NCBI GenBank assembly: GCA_964057225.1
Contig: OZ059896.1
Location: forward strand, 1,240,001 to 1,304,000
Source of the DNA: Auanema rhodensis
Lineage: Eukaryota > Animalia > Nematoda
DNA: 64,000 nt
Direction: 5' to 3'
Below the pieces are notes generated by a model, which searched no databases, was not told the DNA's origin, and saw only the letters and a program-made list of their open reading frames with translations. Made by a program: the position numbers and the translations under genes. Positions 25,006-39,300 of this stretch are shown here, piece by piece. Within the stretch, counting starts at the first letter, position 1; each line of letters starts with the position of its first letter.

Positions 25006-27460
25006 TTAGTTATGATCGTTTGAAAAATGATGCATTAGTGTATGTTGAGTTTCCATGTACACTCAACATTGCTTCCAAAAACATTTTGACAAAATTTTTT
25101 CGAAAAATTTCAAAATAATTTCGCAAAAAGTAGATGTTTTTAGATTCCTTCTTTCAAAGCAAAAACGATGGACAATGTTATTCAACGAAAAAATTAATTC
25201 TTCAGGGTGAAAATCGAGGATATAAGTGTGAACTTATATCAGTTGATATCTCGGTGCATTTTTAAGCTGGCGCAAATCTGATAACACAGATCGACGCAGC
25301 TTAAAAATCCGCATCGAATGCATTATACTACATGGAGAAACGCTCATCACAAAAATTAGTTATGATCGTTTGAAAAATGATGCATTAGTGTATGTTGAGT
25401 TTCCATGTACACTCAACATTGCTTCCAAAAACATTTTGACAAAATTTTTTCGAAAAATTTCAAAATAATTTCGCAAAAAGTAGATGTTTTTAGATTCTTT
25501 TTTTTGAGGCAAAAACGATGGACAATGTTATTCAACGAAAAAATTAATTCTTCAGGGTGAAAATCGAGGATATAAGTGTGAACTTATATCAGTTGATATC
25601 TCGGTGCATTTTTAAGCTAGCGCAAATCTGATAACATAGATCGACGCAGCTTAAAAGTCCGCATCGAGTGCACTATACTACATGGAGAAACGCTCATCAC
25701 AAAAATTAGTTATGATCGTTTGAAAAATGATGCATTAGTGTATGTTGAGTTTCCATGTACACTCAAAATTGCTTCCAAAAACATTTTGACAAAAATTTTT
25801 TCGAAAAATTTCAAAATAATTTAGCAAAAAGTAGATGTTTTTAGATTCCTTTTTTCGAGGCAAAAACGATGGACAATGTTATTCAACGAAAAAATTAATT
25901 CTTCAGGGTGAAAATCGAGGATATAAGTGTGAACTTATATCAGTTGATATCTCGTTGCATTTTTAAGCTAGCGCAAATCTGATAACATAGATCGACGCAG
26001 CTTAAAAGTCCGCATCGAAAGCACTATACTACATTAAGAAAAGCTTAATACAAAAATTAGTTATGATCGTTTGAAAAATGATGCATTAGTGTATGTTGAG
26101 TTTCCATGTACACTCAACATTGCTTCCAAAAACATTTTGACAAAAATTTTTTCGAAAAATTTCAAAATAATTTAGCAAAAAGTAGATGTTTTTAGATTCC
26201 TTTTTTCAAGGCAAAAACGATGGACAATGTTATTCAACGAAAAAATTAATTCTTCAGGGTGAAAATCGAGGATATAAGTGTGAACTTATATCAGATGATA
26301 TCTAGGTGCATTTTTAAGCTAGCGCAAATCTGATAACACAGATCGACGCAGCTTAAAAATCCGCATCGAATGCACTATATTACATTGAGGAAAGCTTAAT
26401 ACAAAAATTAGTTATGACCGTTTGAAAAATGATGCATTAGTGTATGTTGAGTTTCCATGTACACTCAAAATTGCTTCCAAAAACATTTTGACAAAAATTT
26501 TTTCGAAAAATTTCAAAATAATTTAGCAAAAAGTAGATGTTTTTAGATTCCTTCTTTCAAGGCAAAAACGATGGACAATGTTATTCAACGAAAAAATTAA
26601 TTCTTCAGGGTGAAAATCGAGGATATAAGTGTGAACTTATATCAGTTGATATCTCGGTGCATTTTTAAGCTGGCGCAAATCTGATAACACAGATCGACGC
26701 AGCTTAAAAATCCGCATCGAATGCATTATATTACATTGAGGAAAGCTTAATACAAAAATTAGTTATGATCGTTTGAAAAATGATGCATTAGTGTATGTTG
26801 AGTTTCCATGTACACTCAAAATTGCTTCCAAAAACATTTTGACAAAAATTTTTTCAAAAAATTTCAAAATAATTTAGCAAAAAGTAGATGTTTTTAGATT
26901 CCTTTTTTTGAGGCAAAAACGATGGACAATGTTATTCAACGAAAAAATTAATTCTTCAGGGTGAAAATCGAGGATATAAGTGTGAACTTATATCAGTTGA
27001 TATCTCGGTGCATTTTTAAGCTAGCGCAAATCTGATAACATAGATCGACGCAGCTTAAAAGTCCGCATCGAATGCACTATACTACATGGAGAAACGCTCA
27101 TCACAAAAATTAGTTATGATCGTTTGAAAAATGATGCATTAGTGTATGTTGAGTTTCCATGTACACTCAAAATTGCTTCCAAAAACATTTTGACAAAAAT
27201 TTTTTCGAAAAATTTCAAAATAATTTAGCAAAAAGTAGATGTTTTTAGATTCCTTTTTTCGAGGCAAAAACGATGGACAATGTTATTCAACGAAAAAATT
27301 AATTCTTCAGGGTGAAAATCGAGGATATAAGTGTGAACTTATATCAGTTGATATCTCGGTGCATTTTTAAGCTAGCGCAAATCTGATAACATAGATCGAC
27401 GCAGCTTAAAAGTCCGCATCGAAAGCACTATACTACATTAAGAAAAGCTTAATACAAAAA

Positions 27461-27568
27461 TTAGTTATGATCGTTTGAAAAATGATGCATTAGTGTATGT
27501 TGAGTTTCCATGCTTAAAAGTCCGCATCGAATGCACTATACTACATGGAGAAACGCTCATCACAAAAA
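27461..27568. repeat. Truncated 108-bp monomer, copy 2
   Basis: The junction is identical, at ~27512. Monomer starts fall at 27461 and 27569, 2563 bp after copy 1. Confidence 0.95.
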
Positions 27569-30500
27569 TTAGTTATGATCGTTTGAAAAATGATGCATTA
27601 GTGTATGTTGAGTTTCCATGTACACTCAACATTGCTTCCAAAAACATTTTGACAAAATTTTTTCGAAAAATTTCAAAATAATTTCGCAAAAAGTAGATGT
27701 TTTTAGATTCCTTCTTTCAAAGCAAAAACGATGGACAATGTTATTCAACGAAAAAATTAATTCTTCAGGGTGAAAATCGAGGATATAAGTGTGAACTTAT
27801 ATCAGTTGATATCTCGGTGCATTTTTAAGCTGGCGCAAATCTGATAACACAGATCGACGCAGCTTAAAAATCCGCATCGAATGCATTATACTACATGGAG
27901 AAACGCTCATCACAAAAATTAGTTATGATCGTTTGAAAAATGATGCATTAGTGTATGTTGAGTTTCCATGTACACTCAACATTGCTTCCAAAAACATTTT
28001 GACAAAATTTTTTCGAAAAATTTCAAAATAATTTCGCAAAAAGTAGATGTTTTTAGATTCTTTTTTTTGAGGCAAAAACGATGGACAATGTTATTCAACG
28101 AAAAAATTAATTCTTCAGGGTGAAAATCGAGGATATAAGTGTGAACTTATATCAGTTGATATCTCGGTGCATTTTTAAGCTAGCGCAAATCTGATAACAT
28201 AGATCGACGCAGCTTAAAAGTCCGCATCGAGTGCACTATACTACATGGAGAAACGCTCATCACAAAAATTAGTTATGATCGTTTGAAAAATGATGCATTA
28301 GTGTATGTTGAGTTTCCATGTACACTCAAAATTGCTTCCAAAAACATTTTGACAAAAATTTTTTCGAAAAATTTCAAAATAATTTAGCAAAAAGTAGATG
28401 TTTTTAGATTCCTTTTTTCGAGGCAAAAACGATGGACAATGTTATTCAACGAAAAAATTAATTCTTCAGGGTGAAAATCGAGGATATAAGTGTGAACTTA
28501 TATCAGTTGATATCTCGTTGCATTTTTAAGCTAGCGCAAATCTGATAACATAGATCGACGCAGCTTAAAAGTCCGCATCGAAAGCACTATACTACATTAA
28601 GAAAAGCTTAATACAAAAATTAGTTATGATCGTTTGAAAAATGATGCATTAGTGTATGTTGAGTTTCCATGTACACTCAACATTGCTTCCAAAAACATTT
28701 TGACAAAAATTTTTTCGAAAAATTTCAAAATAATTTAGCAAAAAGTAGATGTTTTTAGATTCCTTTTTTCAAGGCAAAAACGATGGACAATGTTATTCAA
28801 CGAAAAAATTAATTCTTCAGGGTGAAAATCGAGGATATAAGTGTGAACTTATATCAGATGATATCTAGGTGCATTTTTAAGCTAGCGCAAATCTGATAAC
28901 ACAGATCGACGCAGCTTAAAAATCCGCATCGAATGCACTATATTACATTGAGGAAAGCTTAATACAAAAATTAGTTATGACCGTTTGAAAAATGATGCAT
29001 TAGTGTATGTTGAGTTTCCATGTACACTCAAAATTGCTTCCAAAAACATTTTGACAAAAATTTTTTCGAAAAATTTCAAAATAATTTAGCAAAAAGTAGA
29101 TGTTTTTAGATTCCTTCTTTCAAGGCAAAAACGATGGACAATGTTATTCAACGAAAAAATTAATTCTTCAGGGTGAAAATCGAGGATATAAGTGTGAACT
29201 TATATCAGTTGATATCTCGGTGCATTTTTAAGCTAGCGCAAATCTGATAACACAGATCGACGCAGCTTAAAAATCCGCATCGAATGCATTATACTACATG
29301 GAGAAACGCTCATCACAAAAATTAGTTATGATCGTTTGAAAAATGATGCATTAGTGTATGTTGAGTTTCCATGTACACTCAACATTGCTTCCAAAAACAT
29401 TTTGACAAAATTTTTTCGAAAAATTTCAAAATAATTTCGCAAAAAGTAGATGTTTTTAGATTCCTTTTTTTGAGGCAAAAACGATGGACAATGTTATTCA
29501 ACGAAAAAATTAATTCTTCAGGGTGAAAATCGAGGATATAAGTGTGAACTTATATCAGTTAATATCTCGGTGCATTTTTAAGCTAGCGCAAATCTGATAA
29601 CACAGATCGACGCAGCTTAAAAGTCCGCATCGAATGCACTATACTACATTAAGGAAAGCTTGATACAAAAATTAGTTACGATCGTTTGAAAAATGATGCA
29701 TTAGTGTATGTTGGATTTCCATGTACACTCAAAATTGCTTCCAAAAACATTTTGACAAAAATTTTTTCGAAAAATTTCAAAATAATTTAGCAAAAAGTAG
29801 ATGTTTTTAGATTCCTTCTTTCAAGGCAAAAACGATGGACAATGTTATTCAACGAAAAAATTAATTCTTCAGGGTGAAAATCGAGGATATAAGTGTGAAC
29901 TTATATCAGTTGATATCTCGGTGCATTTTTAAGCTAGCGCAAATCTGATAACACAGATCGACGCAGCTTAAAAATCCGCATCGAATGCATTATACTACAT
30001 GGAGAAACGCTCATCACAAAAATTAGTTATGATCGTTTGAAAAATGATGCATTAGTGTATGTTGAGTTTCCATGTACACTCAACATTGCTTCCAAAAACA
30101 TTTTGACAAAATTTTTTCGAAAAATTTCAAAATAATTTCGCAAAAAGTAGATGTTTTTAGATTCCTTTTTTTGAGGCAAAAACGATGGACATTGTTATTC
30201 AACGAAAAAATTAATTCTTCAGGGTGAAAATCGAGGATATAAGTGTGAACTTATATCAGTTGATATCTCGGTGCATTTTTAAGCTAGCGCAAATCTGATA
30301 ACATAGATCGACGCAGCTTAAAAGTCCGCATCGAATGCACTATACTACATGGAGAAACGCTCATCACAAAAATTAGTTATGATCGTTTGAAAAATGATGC
30401 ATTAGGGTATGTTGAGTTTCCATGTACACTCAAAATTGCTTCCAAAAACATTTTGACAAAAATTTTTTCGAAAAATTTCAAAATAATTTAGCAAAAAGTA

Positions 30501-33500
30501 GATGTTTTTAGATTCCTTTTTTCGAGGAAAAAACGATGGACAATGTTATTCAACGAAAAAATAAATTCTTCAGGGTGAAAATCGAGGATATAAGTGTGAA
30601 CTTATATCGGTTGATATCTCGGTGCATTTTTAAGCTAGCGCAAATCTGATAACATAGATCGACGCAGCTTAAAAGTCCGCATCGAAAGCACTATACTACA
30701 TTAAGAAAAGCTTAATACAAAAATTAGTTATGATCGTTTGAAAAATGATGCATTAGTGTATGTTGAGTTTCCATGTACACTCAAAATTGCTTCCAAAAAC
30801 ATTTTGACAAAAATTTTTTCGAAAAATTTCAAAATAATTTAGCAAAAAGTAGATGTTTTTAGATTCCTTTTTTCAAGGCAAAAACGATGGACAATGTTAT
30901 TCAACGAAAAAATTAATTCTTCAGGGTGAAAATCGAGGATATAAGTGTGAACTTATATCAGATGATATCTAGGTGCATTTTTAAGCTAGCGCAAATCTGA
31001 TAACACAGATCGACGCAGCTTAAAAATCCGCATCGAATGCACTATATTACATTGAGGAAAGCTTAATACAAAAATTAGTTATGATCGTTTGAAAAATGAT
31101 GCATTAGTGTATGTTGAGTTTCCATGTACACTCAAAATTGCTTCCAAAAACATTTTGACAAAAATTTTTTCGAAAAATTTCAAAATAATTTAGCAAAAAG
31201 TAGATGTTTTTAGATTCCTTCTTTCAAGGCAAAAACGATGGACAATGTTATTCAACGAAAAAATTAATTCTTCAGGGTGAAAATCGAGGATATAAGTGTG
31301 AACTTATATCAGTTGATATCTCGGTGCATTTTTAAGCTAGCGCAAATCTGATAACACAGATCGACGCAGCTTAAAAATCCGCATCGAATGCATTATACTA
31401 CATGGAGAAACGCTCATCACAAAAATTAGTTATGATCGTTTGAAAAATGATGCATTAGTGTATGTTGAGTTTCCATGTACACTCAACATTGCTTCCAAAA
31501 ACATTTTGACAAAATTTTTTCGAAAAATTTCAAAATAATTTCGCAAAAAGTAGATGTTTTTAGATTCCTTTTTTTGAGGCAAAAACGATGGACAATGTTA
31601 TTCAACGAAAAAATTAATTCTTCAGGGTGAAAATCGAGGATATAAGTGTGAACTTATATCAGTTAATATCTCGGTGCATTTTTAAGCTAGCGCAAATCTG
31701 ATAACACAGATCGACGCAGCTTAAAAGTCCGCATCGAATGCACTATACTACATTAAGGAAAGCTTAATACAAAAATTAGTTACGATCGTTTGAAAAATGA
31801 TGCATTAGTGTATGTTGGATTTCCATGTACACTCAAAATTGCTTCCAAAAACATTTTGACAAAAATTTTTTCGAAAAATTTCAAAATAATTTAGCAAAAA
31901 GTAGATGTTTTTAGATTCCTTCTTTCAAGGCAAAAACGATGGACAATGTTATTCAACGAAAAAATTAATTCTTCAGGGTGAAAATCGAGGATATAAGTGT
32001 GAACTTATATCAGTTGATATCTCGGTGCATTTTTAAGCTAGCGCAAATCTGATAACACAGATCGACGCAGCTTAAAAATCCGCATCGAATGCATTATACT
32101 ACATGGAGAAACGCTCATCACAAAAATTAGTTATGATCGTTTGAAAAATGATGCATTAGTGTATGTTGAGTTTCCATGTACACTCAACATTGCTTCCAAA
32201 AACATTTTGACAAAATTTTTTCGAAAAATTTCAAAATAATTTCGCAAAAAGTAGATGTTTTTAGATTCCTTTTTTTGAGGCAAAAACGATGGACAATGTT
32301 ATTCAACGAAAAAATTAATTCTTCAGGGTGAAAATCGAGGATATAAGTGTGAACTTATATCAGTTAATATCTCGGTGCATTTTTAAGCTAGCGCAAATCT
32401 GATAACACAGATCGACGCAGCTTAAAAGTCCGCATCGAATGCACTATACTACATTAAGGAAAGCTTAATACAAAAATTAGTTACGATCGTTTGAAAAATG
32501 ATGCATTAGTGTATGTTGAGTTTCCATGTACACTCAAAATTGCTTCCAAAAACATTTTGACAAAAATTTTTTCGAAAAATTTCAAAATAATTTAGCAAAA
32601 AGTAGATGTTTTTAGATTCCTTCTTTCAAGGCAAAAACGATGGACAATGTTATTCAACGAAAAAATTAATTCTTCAGGGTGAAAATCGAGGATATAAGTG
32701 TGAACTTATATCAGTTGATATCTCGGTGCATTTTTAAGCTAGCGCAAATCTGATAACACAGATCGACGCAGCTTAAAAATCCGCATCGAATGCATTATAC
32801 TACATGGAGAAACGCTCATCACAAAAATTAGTTATGATCGTTTGAAAAATGATGCATTAGTGTATGTTGAGTTTCGATGTACACTCAACATTGCTTCCAA
32901 AAACATTTTGACAAAATTTTTTCGAAAAATTTCAAAATAATTTCGCAAAAAGTAGATGTTTTTAGATTCCTTTTTTTGAGGCAAAAACGATGGACAATGT
33001 TATTCAACGAAAAAATTAATTCTTCAGGGTGAAAATCGAGGATATAAGTGTGAACTTATATCAGATGATATCTAGGTGCATTTTTAAGCTAGCGCAAATC
33101 TGATAACACAGATCGACGCAGCTTAAAAATCCGCATCGAATGCATTATATTACATTGAGGAAAGCTTAATACAAAAATTAGTTATGATCGTTTGAAAAAT
33201 GATGCATTAGTGTATGTTGAGTTTCCATGTACACTCAAAATTGCTTCCAAAAACATTTTGACAAAAATTTTTTCGAAAAATTTCAAAATAATTTAGCAAA
33301 AAGTAGATGTTTTTAGATTCCTTCTTTCAAGGCAAAAACGATGGACAATGTTATTCAACGAAAAAATTAATTCTTCAGGGTGAAAATCGAGGATATAAGT
33401 GTGAACTTATATCAGTTGATATCTCGGTGCATTTTTAAGCTAGCGCAAATCTGATAACACAGATCGACGCAGCTTAAAAATCCGCATCGAATGCATTATA

Positions 33501-36300
33501 CTACATGGAGAAACGCTCATCACAAAAATTAGTTATGATCGTTTGAAAAATGATGCATTAGTGTATGTTGAGTTTCCATGTACACTCAACATTGCTTCCA
33601 AAAACATTTTGACAAAATTTTTTCGAAAAATTTCAAAATAATTTCGCAAAGAGTAGATGTTTTTAGATTCCTTTTTTTGAGGCAAAAACGATGGACAATG
33701 TTATTCAACGAAAAAATTAATTCTTCAGGGTGAAAATCGAGGATATAAGTGTGAACTTATATCAGTTGATATCTCGGTGCATTTTTAAGCTAGCGCAAAT
33801 CTGATAACATAGATCGACGCAGCTTAAAAGTCCGCATCGAATGCACTATACTACATGGAGAAACGCTCATCACAAAAATTAGTTATGATCGTTTGAAAAA
33901 TGATGCATTAGTGTATGTTGAGTTTCCATGTACACTCAACATTGCTTCCAAAAACATTTTGACAAAATTTTTTCGAAAAATTTCAAAATAATTTCGCAAA
34001 AAGTAGATGTTTTTAGATTCCTTCTTTCAAAGCAAAAACGATGGACAATGTTATTCAACGAAAAAATTAATTCTTCAGGGTGAAAATCGAGGATATAAGT
34101 GTGAACTTATATCAGTTGATATCTCGGTGCATTTTTAAGCTGGCGCAAATCTGATAACACAGATCGACGCAGCTTAAAAATCCGCATCGAATGCATTATA
34201 CTACATGGAGAAACGCTCATCACAAAAATTAGTTATGATCGTTTGAAAAATGATGCATTAGTGTATGTTGAGTTTCCATGTACACTCAACATTGCTTCCA
34301 AAAACATTTTGACAAAATTTTTTCGAAAAATTTCAAAATAATTTCGCAAAAAGTAGATGTTTTTAGATTCTTTTTTTTGAGGCAAAAACGATGGACAATG
34401 TTATTCAACGAAAAAATTAATTCTTCAGGGTGAAAATCGAGGATATAAGTGTGAACTTATATCAGTTGATATCTCGGTGCATTTTTAAGCTAGCGCAAAT
34501 CTGATAACATAGATCGACGCAGCTTAAAAGTCCGCATCGAGTGCACTATACTACATGGAGAAACGCTCATCACAAAAATTAGTTATGATCGTTTGAAAAA
34601 TGATGCATTAGTGTATGTTGAGTTTCCATGTACACTCAAAATTGCTTCCAAAAACATTTTGACAAAAATTTTTTCGAAAAATTTCAAAATAATTTAGCAA
34701 AAAGTAGATGTTTTTAGATTCCTTTTTTCGAGGCAAAAACGATGGACAATGTTATTCAACGAAAAAATTAATTCTTCAGGGTGAAAATCGAGGATATAAG
34801 TGTGAACTTATATCAGTTGATATCTCGTTGCATTTTTAAGCTAGCGCAAATCTGATAACATAGATCGACGCAGCTTAAAAGTCCGCATCGAAAGCACTAT
34901 ACTACATTAAGAAAAGCTTAATACAAAAATTAGTTATGATCGTTTGAAAAATGATGCATTAGTGTATGTTGAGTTTCCATGTACACTCAACATTGCTTCC
35001 AAAAACATTTTGACAAAAATTTTTTCGAAAAATTTCAAAATAATTTAGCAAAAAGTAGATGTTTTTGGATTCCTTTTTTCAAGGCAAAAACGATGGACAA
35101 TGTTATTCAACGAAAAAATTAATTCTTCAGGGTGAAAATCGAGGATATAAGTGTGAACTTATATCAGATGATATCTAGGTGCATTTTTAAGCTAGCGCAA
35201 ATCTGATAACACAGATCGACGCAGCTTAAAAATCCGCATCGAATGCACTATATTACATTGAGGAAAGCTTAATACAAAAATTAGTTATGACCGTTTGAAA
35301 AATGATGCATTAGTGTATGTTGAGTTTCCATGTACACTCAAAATTGCTTCCAAAAACATTTTGACAAAAATTTTTTCGAAAAATTTCAAAATAATTTAGC
35401 AAAAAGTAGATGTTTTTAGATTCCTTCTTTCAAGGCAAAAACGATGGACAATGTTATTCAACGAAAAAATTAATTCTTCAGGGTGAAAATCGAGGATATA
35501 AGTGTGAACTTATATCAGTTGATATCTCGGTGCATTTTTAAGCTAGCGCAAATCTGATAACACAGATCGACGCAGCTTAAAAATCCGCATCGAATGCATT
35601 ATACTACATGGAGAAACGCTCATCACAAAAATTAGTTATGATCGTTTGAAAAATGATGCATTAGTGTATGTTGAGTTTCCATGTACACTCAACATTGCTT
35701 CCAAAAACATTTTGACAAAATTTTTTCGAAAAATTTCAAAATAATTTCGCAAAAAGTAGATGTTTTTAGATTCCTTTTTTTGAGGCAAAAACGATGGACA
35801 ATGTTATTCAACGAAAAAATTAATTCTTCAGGGTGAAAATCGAGGATATAAGTGTGAACTTATATCAGTTAATATCTCGGTGCATTTTTAAGCTAGCGCA
35901 AATCTGATAACACAGATCGACGCAGCTTAAAAGTCCGCATCGAATGCACTATACTACATTAAGGAAAGCTTAATACAAAAATTAGTTACGATCGTTTGAA
36001 AAATGATGCATTAGTGTATGTTGAGTTTCCATGTACACTCAAAATTGCTTCCAAAAACATTTTGACAAAAATTTTTTCGAAAAATTTCAAAATAATTTAG
36101 CAAAAAGTAGATGTTTTTAGATTCCTTTTTTCAAGGCAAAAACGATGGACAATGTTATTCAACGAAAAAATTAATTCTTCAGGGTGAAAATCGAGGATAT
36201 AAGTGTGAACTTATATCAGTTGATATCTCGGTGCATTTTTAAGCTAGCGCAAATCTGATAACACAGATCGACACAGCTTAAAAATCCGCATCGAATGCAT

Positions 36301-39300
36301 TATACTACATGGAGAAACGCTCATCACAAAAATTAGTTATGATCGTTTGAAAAATGATGCATTAGTGTATGTTGAGTTTCCATGTACACTCAACATTGCT
36401 TCCAAAAACATGTTGACAAAATTTTTTCGAAAAATTTCAAAATAATTTCGCAAAAAGTAGATGTTTTTAGATTGCTTTTTTTGAGGCAAAAACGATGGAC
36501 AATGTTATTCAACGAAAAAATTAATTCTTCAGGGTGAAAATCGAGGATATAAGTGTGAACTTATATCAGATGATATCTAGGTGCATTTTTAAGCTAGCGC
36601 AAATCTGATAACACAGATCGACGCAGCTTAAAAATCCGCATCGAATGCACTATATTACATTGAGGAAAGCTTAATACAAAAATTAGTTATGATCGTTTGA
36701 AAAATGATGCATTAGTGTATGTTGAGTTTCCATGTACACTCAAAATTGCTTCCAAAAACATTTTGACAAAAAATTTTTCGAAAAATTTCAAAATAATTTA
36801 GCACAAAGTAGATGTTTTTAGATTCCTTCTTTCAAGGCAAAAACGATGGACAATGTTATTCAACGAAAAAATTAATTCTTCAGGGTGAAAATCGAGGATA
36901 TAAGTGTGAACTTATATCAGTTGATATCTCGGTGCATTTTTAAGCTAGCGCAAATCTGATAACACAGATCGACGCAGCTTAAAAGTCCGCATCGAATGCA
37001 CTATACTACATTAAGGAAAGCTTAATACAAAAATTAGTTATGATTGTTTGAAAAATGATGCATTAGTGTATGTTGAGTTTCCATGTACACTCAAAATTGC
37101 TTCCAAAAACATTTTGACAAAAATTTTTTCGAAAAATTTCAAAATAATTTAGCAAAAAGTAGATGTTTTTAGATTCCTTCTTTCAAGGCAAAAACGATGG
37201 ACAATGTTATTCAACGAAAAAATTAATTCTTCAGGGTGAAAATCGAGGATATAAGTGTGAACTTATATCAGTTGATATCTCGGTGCATTTTTAAGCTAGC
37301 GCAAATCTGATAACACAGATCGACGCAGCTTAAAAATCCGCATCGAATGCATTATACTACATGGAGAAACGCTCATCACAAAAATTAGTTATGATCGTTT
37401 GAAAAATGATGCATTAGTGTATGTTGAGTTTCCATGTACACTCAACATTGCTTCCAAAAACATTTTGACAAAATTTTTTCGAAAAATTTCAAAATAATTT
37501 CGCAAAAAGTAGATGTTTTTAGATTCCTTTTTTTGAGGCAAAAACGATGGACAATGTTATTCAACGAAAAAATTAATTCTTCAGGGTGAAAATCGAGGAT
37601 ATAAGTGTGAACTTATATCAGTTGATATCTCGGTGCATTTTTAAGCTAGCGCAAATCTGATAACATAGATCGACGCAGCTTAAAAATCCGCATCGAATGC
37701 ACTATACTACATGGAGAAACGCTCATCACAAAAATTAGTTATGATCGTTTGAAAAATGATGCATTAGTGTATGTTGAGTTTCCATGCACACTCAACATTG
37801 CTTCCAAAAACATTTTGACAAAATTTTTTCGAAAAATTTCAAAATAATTTCGCAAAAAGTAGATGTTTTTAGATTCCTTTTTTTGAGGCAAAAACGATGG
37901 ACAATGTTATTCAACGAAAAAATTAATTCTTCAGGGTGAAAATCGAGGATATAAGTGTGAACTTATATCAGATGATATCTAGGTGCATTTTTAAGCTAGC
38001 GCAAATCTGATAACACAGATCGACGCAGCTTAAAAATCCGCATCGAATGCACTATATTACATTGAGGAAAGCTTAATACAAAAATTAGTTATGATCGTTT
38101 GAAAAATGATGCATTAGTGTATGTTGAGTTTCCATGTACACTCAAAATTGCTTCCAAAAACATTTTGACAAAAATTTTTTCGAAAAATTTCAAAATAATT
38201 TAGCAAAAAGTAGATGTTTTTAGATTCCTTCTTTCAAGGCAAAAACGATGGACAATGTTATTCAACGAAAAAATTAATTCTTCAGGGTGAAAATCGAGGA
38301 TATAAGTGTGAACTTATATCAGTTGATATCTCGGTGCATTTTTAAGCTAGCGCAAATCTGATAACACAGATCGACGCAGCTTAAAAATTCGCATCGAATG
38401 CATTATACTACATGGAGAAACGCTCATCACAAAAATTAGTTATGATCGTTTGAAAAATGATGCATTAGTGTATGTTGAGTTTCCATGTACACTCAACATT
38501 GCTTCCAAAAACATTTTGACAAAATTTTTTCGAAAAATTTCAAAATAATTTCGCAAAAAGTAGATGTTTTTAGATTTCTTTTTTTGAGGCAAAAACGATG
38601 GACAATGTTATTCAACGAAAAAATTAATTCTTCAGGGTGAAAATCGAGGATATAAGTGTGAACTTATATCAGTTAATATCTCGGTGCATTTTTAAGCTAG
38701 CGCAAATCTGATAACACAGATCGACGCAGCTTAAAAGTCCGCATCGAATGCACTATACTACATTAAGAAAAGCTTAATACAAAAATTAGTTATGATCGTT
38801 TGAAAAATGATGCATTAGTGTATGTTGAGTTTCCATGTACACTCAAAATTGCTTCCAAAAACATTTTGACAAAAATTTTTTCGAAAAATTTCAAAATAAT
38901 TTAGCAAAAAGTAGATGTTTTTAGATTCCTTTTTTCAAGGCAAAAACGATGGACAATGTTATTCAACGAAAAAATTAATTCTTCAGGGTGAAAATCGAGG
39001 ATATAAGTGTGAACTTATATCAGTTGATATCTCGGTGCATTTTTAAGCTAGCGCAAATCTGATAACATAGATCGACGCAGCTTAAAAATCCGCATCGAAT
39101 GCACTATACTACATGGAGAAACGCTCATCACAAAAATTAGTTATGATCGTTTGAAAAATGATGCATTAGTGTATGTTGAGTTTCCATGCACACTCAACAT
39201 TGCTTCCAAAAACATTTTGACAAAATTTTTTCGAAAAATTTCAAAATAATTTCGCAAAAAGTAGATGTTTTTAGATTCCTTTTTTTGAGGCAAAAACGAT

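Larger units (their letters stand above)
24110..29234. repeat. Tandem duplication of a 2563-bp higher-order unit (7 monomers plus the 108-bp truncated monomer)
   Basis: Rare variants recur at +2563 (TCAAAGC, GCTGGCG, CGAGTGC, CTCGTTG, ATGACCG, the deletion junction). The ORF track also repeats at 24912 and 27475. Confidence 0.9.
15801..36300. repeat. Array sub-domain B1 (variants GTTACGAT, TTGGATTT, GAAAGCAC, CTCGTTG, ATGACCG; contains the truncated monomers)
   Basis: These private variants appear confined to ~21-36 kb. The boundaries are approximate and gradual. Confidence 0.7.

Noticed and set aside
24912-27681. Two 68-aa ORFs with an internal KNDALVYVEFPC repeat
   Set aside because: They are created by the in-frame 108-bp truncated monomer. 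They start at TTG, have no recognisable domain and simply translate the satellite.
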